Shown: positions 27,119-36,457 of the stretch, piece after piece
Layout: every line of letters starts with the position of its first letter
Numbering within the stretch: position 1 is the stretch's first letter
DNA from: a virus
Lineage: Duplodnaviria > Caudoviricetes
Strand: one strand, 5' to 3'
Length of the DNA: 64,000 nt
IMG/VR virus record: IMGVR_UViG_2706795967_000001
Span: 2,612-66,611 of that record
Program-made: the position numbers and the translations under genes
Notes under the pieces: generated by a model
The model's input: the letters and a program-made list of their open reading frames with translations, nothing else
Databases searched by the model: none
What the model was told of the DNA's origin: nothing

Positions 27119-27712
27119 ATGTCCAACACCACCGCTTCCGTCGCCGCTGCTGCTGCCCAGGAGGCCGCGCGTCCCAAGGCCGACGTCTTCATCGCCCCGA
27201 AGGGGTTCAAGGCGGACAAAGACTGGAGCTACATCGCGGACAAGGATCCGCTGGAGACCCACCACCTCTTCGCCCAGATCATCCGCCGGGAGGCCGGAAT
27301 CGATATCTCTGCGAAGCAGGTCCAGGCGCTGCTGCTGATGCATCGCTGGATGCAGGCCAGCGACCTGAACCGGGAGCGCGAGACCTTCCGCGGCCGGACC
27401 CTTGGGTCCGTGATCCGGGGCTCGGAGACCCTTCTGGGCCGGACCGAGGACCGGGCCACCATCGAGGGCGAGGATGCCCAGGTGGTCCAGACCGTGAACT
27501 CGGTCAGCGACGAAGTCGCCGCTGCCATCCGGGCCGACCTGGCCGCTCCGGTGGCGGAAGAGCCCGAGCAGGAGCCGGAGGTGGACTTCCGGACCGCGCC
27601 GAAGGCGGCGCTGGTCTCCATGGTGGTCGAGCAGGAACTCGCCCCCGAGGCCGACGCCAAGAAGCTGACGGTCAAGAAGCTCCGCGCCCTGCTCAGCGGC
27701 GAAGAGGCCTGA
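27119..27712 (+). CDS. Early hypothetical protein (197 aa), probable paralog of 36994-37533
   Basis: ATG 27119 after AGGAG; very high GC3; FA..Q..L..HR..Q.SD motif. Confidence 0.8.
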   Translation: MSNTTASVAAAAAQEAARPKADVFIAPKGFKADKDWSYIADKDPLETHHLFAQIIRREAGIDISAKQVQALLLMHRWMQASDLNRERETFRGRTLGSVIRGSETLLGRTEDRATIEGEDAQVVQTVNSVSDEVAAAIRADLAAPVAEEPEQEPEVDFRTAPKAALVSMVVEQELAPEADAKKLTVKKLRALLSGEEA

Positions 27713-27722
27713 CCGTCTAGGT

Positions 27723-27756
27723 GGAATCGCTCCCCTTCGGGGAGGGGAGCGGTTCC
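27723..27756 (+). terminator. GC-rich hairpin after the first early gene
   Basis: GGAATCGCTCCCCT / AGGGGAGCGGTTCC, 14-bp stem with one G-T; no U-tract. Confidence 0.5.
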
Positions 27757-27811
27757 CGCCTAGTCCGCCAGGACTGCCAACCCATCCACGCACGAGCCTG
27801 AGGAGGCACCC

Positions 27812-28252
27812 ATGAACACCCAGACGCGACTGCTCCAGACCGTTGCGATCACCGACGATTCCGGAGCGATCGACTCCGCGTGCACCGAAGCGGGGTGCAA
27901 GAACCCGGCGACCCTGGAGTTCGTCGCCGTTATCAACGGCGAGCCCGAAATGGCCATGAACGCCTGCCCGGAGCACGCCTCCAAGATCGGGCAGGAGGCT
28001 CAGCGACAGCTGGACCCGAACCAGGTCCAATTCACCAAGGAGTCCGCCCTGACAGGCGTTCGGCACACCCGCGTCATCCCCGTAGCGCCGACGGCGCTGG
28101 AGGAATGGCTGGTCGGCCAGGCCAACGGGTCCGCCCCGCACATCCAGGTCGCCTTCCCCGAGCTGTCCGCAGACGACCGCGAGTTCATCCTCACCGGAGC
28201 CACCCCCGAGGAGTGGGAGGAGGCCTTCGGCCCCTTGGCCGACGAGGACTGA
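27812..28252 (+). CDS. Hypothetical protein (146 aa)
   Basis: GAGGAGG SD; CxxxxC..C; C-terminal FPELSADDREFILTGATPEEWEE. Confidence 0.8.
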   Translation: MNTQTRLLQTVAITDDSGAIDSACTEAGCKNPATLEFVAVINGEPEMAMNACPEHASKIGQEAQRQLDPNQVQFTKESALTGVRHTRVIPVAPTALEEWLVGQANGSAPHIQVAFPELSADDREFILTGATPEEWEEAFGPLADED

Positions 28253-28261
28253 CGAAACCGC

Positions 28262-28304
28262 TTGTGGGGTGCGTGCCCTACCTGTACAGTGCAGGTAGGG
28301 CACG
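28262..28304 (+). promoter_or_regulatory. Promoter with its -10 inside a 13-bp perfect inverted repeat
   Basis: TTGTGG, 17 nt, TACAGT; CGTGCCCTACCTG (28272-28284) / CAGGTAGGGCACG (28292-28304). Confidence 0.6.
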
Positions 28305-28347
28305 GCCCGACAGCATCCGCACCAACGATCAGGAGAAGCAAGTGAGC

Positions 28348-28809
28348 ATGTCTTACGACGAGCACAACCGTTACGACCCGAACTACGTGGACCCCGGCGA
28401 GATCATCGGCGAAGCCGAGGGCAACGCCGGAGCCCTCTGGGAAGCCTGCGCCAAGCTGGCGGAGGCAGCCATCCTCGCCGAGCGCCGAGCGGCCAGGCGC
28501 CCCAACGAGCCCGAGTACCTGGAGGGCGATCCGCCCGTCGTCCGCTTCTGGAAGCGGTTCCACTTCACCGCTGCGAATCCGGTGACCAGCCGCTATCACT
28601 ACGTGGCAATCGGCGTCCGCAAGGAGATGTACAGTCCGCGAGGTCTCCGTCCTCACCTCGGCGAAGCCGAGTGGTATATCAGCGGAGCCCGCGAGGGCGG
28701 GAAGTCGTTCACCTGGGAAGGGCTCATGGAGTTCGTCGGTGAGGAATACTGGGACACGGTGGAGGTACTCCACGGACTCGTGGAGCTGAAGCCCGGAGAG
28801 GAGATCTGA
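28348..28809 (+). CDS. Hypothetical protein (153 aa)
   Basis: ATG 28348 (or GTG 28342) after AGGAG; the ORF-track N-extension is shadow. Confidence 0.75.
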   Translation: MSYDEHNRYDPNYVDPGEIIGEAEGNAGALWEACAKLAEAAILAERRAARRPNEPEYLEGDPPVVRFWKRFHFTAANPVTSRYHYVAIGVRKEMYSPRGLRPHLGEAEWYISGAREGGKSFTWEGLMEFVGEEYWDTVEVLHGLVELKPGEEI

Positions 28810-28810
28810 G

Positions 28811-29590
28811 ATGGCAACCTGCGGGAAGTGCAAGGGCCACGCTGCCACGGTGGCCGAGATCCGCGCATGCTACGCCGGAAACCCGAACGCGCACAGCGAA
28901 GCGGCCGACGCGAAGCGGATCGAGAATCACGGTGACAATCGTGCCTATCTCAACGTTCCGTACGCCGAGAAGGATCGCGTCAAGGGCGAGCCGTTCTACG
29001 GCAAGTGGGATCCGCAGAAGCGCCAGTGGTGGGTCGACCGGAAGACTCTGCGTCAGTTCGGGAAGCGCATGCCGGATCACTGGAAGGGCGAGCCGGTCGC
29101 CAAGGCGAACTCCGGTCGTAGCCCCGAGTCAGTGGAAGAGGGGATCTATGCGACCCCTCCGGGCATCTACTACAAGGTCTACCGCTCTGTCCACGGAATG
29201 AATCCCGGCCAGCTCATCACGAAGGTGCTCGTCGTCAAGGACGGCTCCGGCAAGTGGGAGTATCGCGGCAAGCGTCCGCTTCGCGAGATCGCCGCAGAAG
29301 GCAAGCTGCTCAGCCTCGAAGAGGCGAAGGCGTTCGGCAAGATGTACGGATTCTGCATCCGCTGCGGACGCACTCTCACGGACGAGGGCAGCATCGCCGC
29401 CGGAATCGGGCCGATCTGCGCCGGGAAATTCCACGAGCAGCCGAGGGTGACGCTCGGTCGGAATCCCGCCAACACTCCGGACCATTCCGTGGACGTTCAG
29501 GATCGTGTCCCTCGCTACGACGGTGGTCGCCAGGGCAAGTACGGAGAGGAGCTGGAGACTCCCGGAGGGTCCCCGATCTTCTGGAATTAG
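28811..29590 (+). CDS. DUF6011-like Zn-binding protein
   Basis: CIRCGRTLTDEGSIAAGIGPIC motif; N-terminal CGKC. Confidence 0.75.
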   Translation: MATCGKCKGHAATVAEIRACYAGNPNAHSEAADAKRIENHGDNRAYLNVPYAEKDRVKGEPFYGKWDPQKRQWWVDRKTLRQFGKRMPDHWKGEPVAKANSGRSPESVEEGIYATPPGIYYKVYRSVHGMNPGQLITKVLVVKDGSGKWEYRGKRPLREIAAEGKLLSLEEAKAFGKMYGFCIRCGRTLTDEGSIAAGIGPICAGKFHEQPRVTLGRNPANTPDHSVDVQDRVPRYDGGRQGKYGEELETPGGSPIFWN

Positions 29591-29663
29591 GAACTGTGGC
29601 GCGGGTGAGGCTGGTCTGCGGACCAGCCGATCCCGGGAGACAGGCTCCCCAAGGAAGGAACTC

Positions 29664-30089
29664 ATGAAGATCAGGACCAAGCTGCTCGTCACCGTTGGCG
29701 GAACCCTCGGAGCGATCGCTGCACTGACCGCGTGCGACCCGAGCGACACGGCGAAGCCCGCGTTCACGCCGGAAGCGGTCGCCATCCACTCCACCACCGC
29801 TCCTCTGGAAACGACCATGACGCCGGACGCGAAGTACCAGGTGTTCACGGACGAGGACAAGTTCCTCGCGCTCCTGGACGACGCCGGGGTCTACTACGCC
29901 AGTCCCGAAGCAGCGGTCAAGATGGCTAAGAGTATCTGCGACACGCGGAGTCGATACCCCGAGGAGGCAGCGGTGGCCATTCTCTTCGCTGCGAACCAGG
30001 ACTCCGGCGGGGACACCCTGTACACCACGGATGAGCTCACGAGCCTCTACGCGGCCAGCATCGTAATCTACTGCCCGCAGTACTCCTGA
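29664..30089 (+). CDS. Lipoprotein with DUF732-like domain
   Basis: Signal peptide with lipobox LTAC; EDKFLALLDDAGV...AVKMAKSICD..C pattern. Confidence 0.75.
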   Translation: MKIRTKLLVTVGGTLGAIAALTACDPSDTAKPAFTPEAVAIHSTTAPLETTMTPDAKYQVFTDEDKFLALLDDAGVYYASPEAAVKMAKSICDTRSRYPEEAAVAILFAANQDSGGDTLYTTDELTSLYAASIVIYCPQYS

Positions 30090-30090
30090 C

Positions 30091-30210
30091 ATGTACGGCG
30101 AGGACGATTGGCTGGAAGCCGCGTACGAAGATCGCTCGCAGCTTCAGCGTGACTTCGAGCTCGAGCGTTACGAGTATGGCGACCTCCTAGACGACGAGGA
30201 CGACCTGTAG
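30091..30210 (+). CDS. 39-aa highly acidic peptide (missed by ORF track)
   Basis: MYGEDDWLEAAYEDRSQLQRDFELERYEYGDLLDDEDDL*; fills the gap 2 nt after the upstream stop. Confidence 0.55.
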   Translation: MYGEDDWLEAAYEDRSQLQRDFELERYEYGDLLDDEDDL

Positions 30211-30228
30211 CCGCAGAAGGCACAACCG

Positions 30229-30237
30229 TGGTACGCT
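30229..30237 (+). promoter_or_regulatory. Extended -10 element TGgTACGCT
   Basis: Intergenic; similar TGgTAnnnT elements at 33972-33980 and 58219-58227. Confidence 0.45.
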
Positions 30238-30274
30238 TTACAGGTACGGTAGGCACGCCAGGTAAGGATCAGGA

Positions 30275-30484
30275 ATGAAGGCACAGTACGGCAGTCCTCC
30301 GGAACCCACTCCGGAGGAGGAGGTCTTCGCAGAGAAGGCAATCGCAGTCATGGGAGAACTCGGCCTTCCGGCCGAGTACCGCCACATCGTGGAGGACCTG
30401 CTCTGCACATGGGAACCGGAAGACATCGATCACGAGAAGGTGGAGGCGATGTACGCTGTCCACCGTGGGACAGGAGCTATGTGA
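30275..30484 (+). CDS. Hypothetical protein (69 aa)
   Basis: Coupled to the next gene; acidic. Confidence 0.65.
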   Translation: MKAQYGSPPEPTPEEEVFAEKAIAVMGELGLPAEYRHIVEDLLCTWEPEDIDHEKVEAMYAVHRGTGAM

Positions 30485-30930
30485 TGGGAAAGGTCAAGAT
30501 CAACCTCGACTGGGAGCTGACCGAGGAATTCGTGGGGGACGTCCTGGTCACCGCCTTCGATGGCCAATACGGAGGGAGCCTTTTCTGGGCGAGCTGGTCG
30601 AACAGAACAGGTTCTCTGGAGAAGATTGAGGGACCGAACTTCACGGCAGACGTATGGACAGCCGCCTGGATCACCTTCGACGTGGAAGAATCTTGCGACG
30701 ACAAGCCGCACATGAAGATGATCTACTCGCAGGCCATGGAGGCCGGTGGGCTCAAGATCGACTCGGACATGATCGCCGCTGGAATCAGCGGGCTCCTGGC
30801 CAAGGCTGGCCCGACCACTCGCAGAACTGTCCTCGAGGCCATCGTTTCCAACGACGCCGGAGACATCGACGCCAACATCGCGGACAGCATCGTGCAGTAC
30901 GCCATCTTCGGCGAGGAGGTGTACGCATGA
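30484..30930 (+). CDS. Hypothetical protein (148 aa)
   Basis: ATG overlaps upstream TGA; C-terminal DIDANIADSIVQYAIFGEEVYA. Confidence 0.75.
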   Translation: MGKVKINLDWELTEEFVGDVLVTAFDGQYGGSLFWASWSNRTGSLEKIEGPNFTADVWTAAWITFDVEESCDDKPHMKMIYSQAMEAGGLKIDSDMIAAGISGLLAKAGPTTRRTVLEAIVSNDAGDIDANIADSIVQYAIFGEEVYA

Positions 30931-31967
30931 GCGAGGACCGCAGGCTGCGCATCATCGAGAATCTCCTGATAAAGGCGTCCCACGAGGGCACGCCGGAGCA
31001 CGAGCGGATCCTCAGCCAAGAGCAGGCCGATCGCCTCATGGCGCAGTACCAGATCGACCGGGCGATTCTGAACTTCAATCGGGACGAGAAGGAAGTCCGC
31101 CAGCCTGTCGAGCGAGACTACGAGACCGTCGACATCGTCCAGGACGGCTCCGTGCGCGGCTCCACGTACAACTGGAACACCGGCAGGCTCACCATGTCTC
31201 GAGACACGGAGGAGTACGCCATCCAAGGCGTGATCTCCGGGATTCGCGGCAACGTCTTCCGGCATGCCGGGTGCATGTGGTTCTTCGCAAACAACAAGAC
31301 CCGAGCCATCGGGTACGAGGAAGATCTTATGTTCGCCGAGATGCTGTGGCTTGGCATCTTCAGTGACATCATGACCAAGATGTTCCCGACCTGGGACGCG
31401 AGTCGTGGGTTCGACGAGAACGTTTACCGGCTCAAGAAGGCAGGATACAGCTGGAGCCAGGTTCGCGAGATCGGCTTGAAGAACCAGGCGAAGGACGCCT
31501 ACGGCATGCTCACCGAGAAGAACGCGGGTAGCAAACTCCGTAACGGATTCAAGCGTCACGCCACCAAGATCGGAGAGGAAGTGCTTCCCGGCAAGCGACA
31601 GCCTTCCAACCCGCACCTCTGGCGGAGAAGCTTCATCGACTCGTATTCAGCTACGCTGAGTCAGCGCATGGCCGCGCTGAAGGCTGGTCGCGAGGAGTAC
31701 TTCGACAAGACGAACCTCCCCGCCATGACGCAGGACAAAGACCGCGTTCGCCAGCGTATGTACGAGCTTTATCCGGAGCTAGACCCGGCGAACCAGCCCA
31801 AGCCCGATCCGGATCAGGAGGCGGCTCCGCGTAAGCCGATCAAGGCGGTCAAGCAGAAGATCCGCCACGCCGATCCGGACGCATGGGCAGCTGGACACTC
31901 CGCTGCCTCCAAGATCAACCTGCGAAACGACAAGGCCGCAGGCGACAGAAAGGAGGCGTTGGCGTGA
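30927..31967 (+). CDS. DUF2786-like domain protein (346 aa)
   Basis: N-terminal RIIENLLIKA..TPEHE...ADRLMAQYQID pattern; ATGA coupling. Confidence 0.7.
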   Translation: MSEDRRLRIIENLLIKASHEGTPEHERILSQEQADRLMAQYQIDRAILNFNRDEKEVRQPVERDYETVDIVQDGSVRGSTYNWNTGRLTMSRDTEEYAIQGVISGIRGNVFRHAGCMWFFANNKTRAIGYEEDLMFAEMLWLGIFSDIMTKMFPTWDASRGFDENVYRLKKAGYSWSQVREIGLKNQAKDAYGMLTEKNAGSKLRNGFKRHATKIGEEVLPGKRQPSNPHLWRRSFIDSYSATLSQRMAALKAGREEYFDKTNLPAMTQDKDRVRQRMYELYPELDPANQPKPDPDQEAAPRKPIKAVKQKIRHADPDAWAAGHSAASKINLRNDKAAGDRKEALA

Positions 31968-32155
31968 GTCAGGAGCCCGCCGACGTAACAGAAGTCGATG
32001 AGATCCCGAAATGTGCCTTCTGTGGTATCCCAGCGGTTTACGACGCTAAGTCAACAACTGGTCCGTGGGGATTCATGTGTCAGAAGCACTTCGAGAAGCA
32101 CGGAATCCAGCTGGGTCTCGGCTGGGGACAACGATTAAGAGTGAGGAAGAGATGA
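31964..32155 (+). CDS. Small Zn-finger protein (63 aa)
   Basis: CAFC...YDAKSTTGPWGFMCQKH...GLGWGQ; AGGAGG SD. Confidence 0.75.
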   Translation: MSQEPADVTEVDEIPKCAFCGIPAVYDAKSTTGPWGFMCQKHFEKHGIQLGLGWGQRLRVRKR

Positions 32156-32415
32156 CGCATTTCGTGGAAGAAGTTCCGCCTCCACCCAAGAACGTGGGCA
32201 ATATGAGCAAGGAACTTGCAGCGTTCGCGGAGGAGCTCAAGAAGAAGCCGATGTGCTGGGCGGAGTGGCCGCGCGAGTTCCCGACATCCAACGCGGCAGG
32301 GTCCGCTCGGTCGAACATTCGGGCAGGTCGGTACGTATCGTTCCGGCCTCCGGAGCACTTCGAAACTCACGCGCGCAAGCGGAAGCTCTTCGTGCGTTAC
32401 GTCGGAGAGCAGTGA
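32152..32415 (+). CDS. Hypothetical protein (87 aa)
   Basis: Coupled start and stop; C-terminal LFVRYVG. Confidence 0.7.
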   Translation: MTHFVEEVPPPPKNVGNMSKELAAFAEELKKKPMCWAEWPREFPTSNAAGSARSNIRAGRYVSFRPPEHFETHARKRKLFVRYVGEQ

Positions 32416-32819
32416 TGGCGAAGAAGATGAACTTCTACTATCTCTCGCACGAGGTAGATCGCAAAGGCGTTCGTCAGATCACAGATCAGCTGGACGAAGC
32501 CGTTACGGTCGAGCTCAACGGGCAAGAGGTCCCGATCGCAGCCGGGTTCTACGTGAGCAGTTACTCGGTTCGCCAGTACAAGCGCCAGCTGAAGCTCTGG
32601 TCGCATCTCCTCGACCTCATGGAGAAGGAGCAAGACCTGGAAGAGCAGATCGAACAACAGATGGTCGGGCACGGTGCGCAAGAGGAGATGAGCCTCCTTC
32701 GTGCTCGAATGCAGGGCGTTCGGGAAGCCCTGGCCATGCTAGGGTATGGCAATGTCGGCCCCGATGCTCTCAAACTCATTGAGGCGCAGGCCGACATCCG
32801 GTACGATCAGGAGTTGTGA
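32415..32819 (+). CDS. Hypothetical protein (134 aa)
   Basis: TGATG coupling at both ends. Confidence 0.7.
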   Translation: MAKKMNFYYLSHEVDRKGVRQITDQLDEAVTVELNGQEVPIAAGFYVSSYSVRQYKRQLKLWSHLLDLMEKEQDLEEQIEQQMVGHGAQEEMSLLRARMQGVREALAMLGYGNVGPDALKLIEAQADIRYDQEL

Positions 32820-32986
32820 TGTACGAAGACAGCGAGGCGCAGTGGAACGGAGTCGCCTCCAGAGTGTATCAGCACTACGACAGCACGATGGAGGCTCTGG
32901 ACTTCACTCCGTACTTCACGGTCGGAGACGTGGACGAACTGCCGATCCTCAAGGAGTCTCTCCTGGCGACGGGACACATCGTATGA
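32819..32986 (+). CDS. Hypothetical protein (55 aa; missed by ORF track)
   Basis: MYEDSEAQWNG...TGHIV*, coupled at both ends. Confidence 0.6.
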   Translation: MYEDSEAQWNGVASRVYQHYDSTMEALDFTPYFTVGDVDELPILKESLLATGHIV

Positions 32987-33186
32987 AAGTGGTATTCTGG
33001 GACGACACCACGAAGCAGGACGTCACCGTGCTCGATGCAGAGGATAAGGCGGTCTGCACGTGGCCGGAGTGCAACGAGCGAGCAGTCGTTCAGCTACGTA
33101 TCACCGGATCGGTTCCTCACCACGAGTGCCGGGTCCACGCCGACAATGTTCTTTCCAAACTGATCTTCATAGGAGTGCTGCCGTGA
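32983..33186 (+). CDS. Small Cys/His protein (67 aa)
   Basis: CTWPEC...HECxxH; ATGA coupling. Confidence 0.6.
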   Translation: MKVVFWDDTTKQDVTVLDAEDKAVCTWPECNERAVVQLRITGSVPHHECRVHADNVLSKLIFIGVLP

Positions 33187-33803
33187 GTCTGGAGAAGGCA
33201 AACAAGTTCATCGGGACCGCTCGGGAGAGCGGCTGGCAGACCAAGTGGAACTGTGACGAAGAACACACGTGGTTCCGAGTCACGGCAACACGTGGTCCCG
33301 AGACCCTCGTCATCGAATGGCAGAACCGCCAGTTGGCCTTCTCGCCTTCCTACCAGCTTCACGAAATGAAGGTCAAGGTGCACAGCACGAAAGACGCCTA
33401 CCGGCTCGTGCAAGCGCCCAAACCGGACATGGATCGATACGTCAAGTGGCAGAGCAGGCAGCGGGCAACAAACCGCAGGCTAAACGGTGAGGCCGCTGCC
33501 ATGTCAGAACCGGCTGAAAACGTGGAGTACGAACTTCCCTTCGACATCCACGAGGACGAGGACAGCACTATTCTCAAGGCGATCCGCGGAAACACGATCG
33601 TCTGGCGGAACAGTATCTCCAAGACCGTCGAGTCCTGCTTCGTTCCGTATCGCACAAGCGACAACAAGATCTTCAATTGGGATCTGCAGAACGTGTTCTA
33701 TCTCGCCGAGGGCGAGACCACCGGCAAATCCTACTTGTCCTTCATGGACAGCAACGGCCAGTTCCGGGCCGTACATCTCGAGGCATTGATCGGGGTCGTG
33801 TGA
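33183..33803 (+). CDS. Hypothetical protein (206 aa)
   Basis: GTGA coupling; AGGAG SD. Confidence 0.7.
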   Translation: MSLEKANKFIGTARESGWQTKWNCDEEHTWFRVTATRGPETLVIEWQNRQLAFSPSYQLHEMKVKVHSTKDAYRLVQAPKPDMDRYVKWQSRQRATNRRLNGEAAAMSEPAENVEYELPFDIHEDEDSTILKAIRGNTIVWRNSISKTVESCFVPYRTSDNKIFNWDLQNVFYLAEGETTGKSYLSFMDSNGQFRAVHLEALIGVV

Positions 33804-33958
33804 TGGGCAAGAGGTTCGAAGAGATAAAGAAGGGCTTCATGGAGGCCAACGTAGGTCTCCAGATGATCTTGATCTGGTGTGCGATGGTCATTGCCCTGAT
33901 CGTCCTGATCGGCACCGCAATCGGCGTCCTAACCTTGCTGGGCTTCAGTCCCGAGTAG
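33803..33958 (+). CDS. Small membrane protein (51 aa)
   Basis: One long hydrophobic helix. Confidence 0.6.
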   Translation: MGKRFEEIKKGFMEANVGLQMILIWCAMVIALIVLIGTAIGVLTLLGFSPE

Positions 33959-34004
33959 GAGTTCGATGGTGTGGTACGGTTAGCTCGAAAGGTAAGGTGA
34001 TCGC

Positions 34005-36059
34005 ATGGGAACAATCTGGCTAGATAAGGTGGGCAACAAGCTCATCCTCAAGAGCGATTGGCACGACACCATCGCTGCTCGCTGTAAGGAAGTGGGCGGG
34101 GGTCGCTGGGACCCCAAACGCAAGGCTTGGGTTTACGACCTTCACTGGCACGTATGCCTCCGCATTCGCAAGCTCGTGGCCACACCTCTCGGATGGCCTA
34201 TCCGCCTGAGCACCGACATGAAGGATTGGGCCGAGGCCGAGAAGCTCCGCCAAGACTCCATTCCCGACCCGACCGAACAGAAGCTGATCCAACTGGCTCT
34301 GAGCGGGAGCAGTCCCCGAATCTGGGAGGCCGTTTCTACTCGCAAGTTCCAGACCGTAGGTATCGACTTCGGCAATCGCGTTCGGCGCTTCGTCCTGGCG
34401 GACGACCCGGGACTCGGCAAGACCCTCCAGACGATCGGCATGGTTGAGGAGGCGCAGCTTCACGGGCCGATCCTCGTGGTCGCGAACAAGTCTGCGCAGC
34501 AGATCACGTGGCCGAACGAGATTCGTAAGTGGACCGACGACAAGGTCGTCGTGTTCGATACGACAATCCCGAAGGCGCAGCGTGGGAAGATGATCACGGA
34601 CCTGTTCGACGAATGGGAACAGAACCCAGAGATGCGAACCTGGGTCATTATGAATCCGTACTGGGTTCGTATGAAGGCCGAGGTGGACGACTACGGCAAG
34701 TTCCTCCGGACCGAGAAGGGTCTGAAGATCGTTCGTGCTGAGGTGCCCGAGCTGTTCATGGAGTACTGGGCAGGCGTGTTCGCCGATGAGTCTCACGAGA
34801 CGCTGGCGACCAGTACCGGCAACGCGAAGAAGTGGTCTCAGCAGAGGCAAGGTATGGGCGCACTGAACGTGATGGAGAACGGATTCAAGGTCAGTATCTC
34901 CGGAACCCCGATGCGTGGCAAGCCGACGAACATGTTCGGTCAGCTGAACTGGCTCTACCCGGAGCAATACACGGGATTCTGGCCGTGGGCTAAACGACAC
35001 TTCGCGGTCACAGACGAGGGCTACGGCGGTGCCTTGGAGGTCGGCGAACTCCTCAATCCGAAGGATTTCTACAAGGAGATCGCGCCGATAATGATCCGCC
35101 GCACGAAGGCTATGGTGGCTTCTGACTTGCCACCCAAGCAGTACGGTGGCACCGAGCACCCCGCAGGCGACGTCGTGGGGGTGTGGCTACCACTCCTGCC
35201 CGCACAGCAGAAGGCGTACGACCAGTTCGTGAAGTCGGGAACCTACACCGACGAGAACGACGTGTCGCTAGAAGCGATTGGCGGATTGGCGCAGTTCACT
35301 CGTATGAAGCAGCTAGCCACGAGTCTCGGGCACGTGGAGAAGAGGCTGGTCCCGATCCCCAAGGTCTACGAGGACCACGTCTACGACCCGGAGAGCGATC
35401 AGATCCTCCACTTCAAGGGCGAGAAGATCAAGCTGCCTAACGGCCGGATCGACTACATGGTTGACGAGGCCACTGGCGAGAAGCTCACCATGACGAAGGA
35501 CGTGTTCGTTCCGGAGTTGCCCTCGAACAAATGGGAGTGGCTCAAGGAATGGCTGATGGAGCGCGACCTTCTCGGCAAGGAAGCGAAGGGCACCGGAAAG
35601 GTGCTGATCGCGAGCCAGTTCCGTCGGGTGCTCGACCTGTTCCAGAAGGAACTTCAGGAGATTGGGACCGAATCGTTCGCGATCACTGGCGAGACCAACG
35701 CCAAGAACCGCGTGAAGATTCAGGATCAGTTTCAGAACAACCCGGACAGCCCGAAGATCTGCTTTCTGCAGACTGTGGCCGCTGGAACATCTCTGACGCT
35801 GGACGCGGCGGACGACGTGATCATCTTGGACGAGATGTGGGACCCGGATAAGCAGACGCAGCTGGAAGATCGTGCACACCGATTGTCGCGAGTGGATCAC
35901 ACGGTGACAATCTGGTACGTGCGCAGCCTCGGAACCATCGAAGAGGACATCGGCGTAACGGTGAGCGAGCGGTTCGACATCTGCCACGCAGTACTGAACG
36001 GCAGTAAGGAAGAGTCTCGAGCCGCTCGTAGGCGGCTCCTGCCGAAGGCCGCAGCATGA
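34005..36059 (+). CDS. SNF2-like SF2 DNA helicase (684 aa)
   Basis: LADDPGLGKT (Walker A), FADESH (DExH), ISGTP, GTSLTL..ADDVI, QLEDRAHR. Confidence 0.9.
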   Translation: MGTIWLDKVGNKLILKSDWHDTIAARCKEVGGGRWDPKRKAWVYDLHWHVCLRIRKLVATPLGWPIRLSTDMKDWAEAEKLRQDSIPDPTEQKLIQLALSGSSPRIWEAVSTRKFQTVGIDFGNRVRRFVLADDPGLGKTLQTIGMVEEAQLHGPILVVANKSAQQITWPNEIRKWTDDKVVVFDTTIPKAQRGKMITDLFDEWEQNPEMRTWVIMNPYWVRMKAEVDDYGKFLRTEKGLKIVRAEVPELFMEYWAGVFADESHETLATSTGNAKKWSQQRQGMGALNVMENGFKVSISGTPMRGKPTNMFGQLNWLYPEQYTGFWPWAKRHFAVTDEGYGGALEVGELLNPKDFYKEIAPIMIRRTKAMVASDLPPKQYGGTEHPAGDVVGVWLPLLPAQQKAYDQFVKSGTYTDENDVSLEAIGGLAQFTRMKQLATSLGHVEKRLVPIPKVYEDHVYDPESDQILHFKGEKIKLPNGRIDYMVDEATGEKLTMTKDVFVPELPSNKWEWLKEWLMERDLLGKEAKGTGKVLIASQFRRVLDLFQKELQEIGTESFAITGETNAKNRVKIQDQFQNNPDSPKICFLQTVAAGTSLTLDAADDVIILDEMWDPDKQTQLEDRAHRLSRVDHTVTIWYVRSLGTIEEDIGVTVSERFDICHAVLNGSKEESRAARRRLLPKAAA

Positions 36060-36457
36060 CGACCAGCAAGAACAGGCGAAACAAGAGGAAGAGGTTCTTT
36101 GAGGAGTGCGAGGAAAGAGACGCTCCTTGCTGGATATGCAAAGAGCCGATTCAATACCGGGATGACCAGGGTGAAGTTTCCACAGAAGGCCCCTGGAGAT
36201 TTTCGATAGATCACTACAAGACCATTTTCTCAAGACCTGACCTAGAGTGGGACTATCTCAACTGGAGGCCGAGTCACTACCTCTGCAACAACAGGAGGGG
36301 TAATCGATCCTTCAAGAACACTGTGTGGGTCGGGTCGAAGGAACTGGGCCGTTGGTCGAAAGAGCACGACGAAATGTACGAACGAAGAATCGCCAAAGAA
36401 GAGCAGCAGTACAGAATCCTCACGGGAGTGATCCAAGGAGAGATTGCAGATGATTGA
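36056..36457 (+). CDS. HNH endonuclease
   Basis: CWIC...SIDH...HYLCNNRRGN; lower-GC codon usage. Confidence 0.85.
   Translation: MTTSKNRRNKRKRFFEECEERDAPCWICKEPIQYRDDQGEVSTEGPWRFSIDHYKTIFSRPDLEWDYLNWRPSHYLCNNRRGNRSFKNTVWVGSKELGRWSKEHDEMYERRIAKEEQQYRILTGVIQGEIADD

Noticed and set aside
29609-29650. Two small hairpins (GGCTGGTC-TGCG-GACCAGCC; GGGAGA/CTCCCC) as an sRNA
   Set aside because: Short and consistent with an ordinary terminator or mRNA-stability element between early genes.
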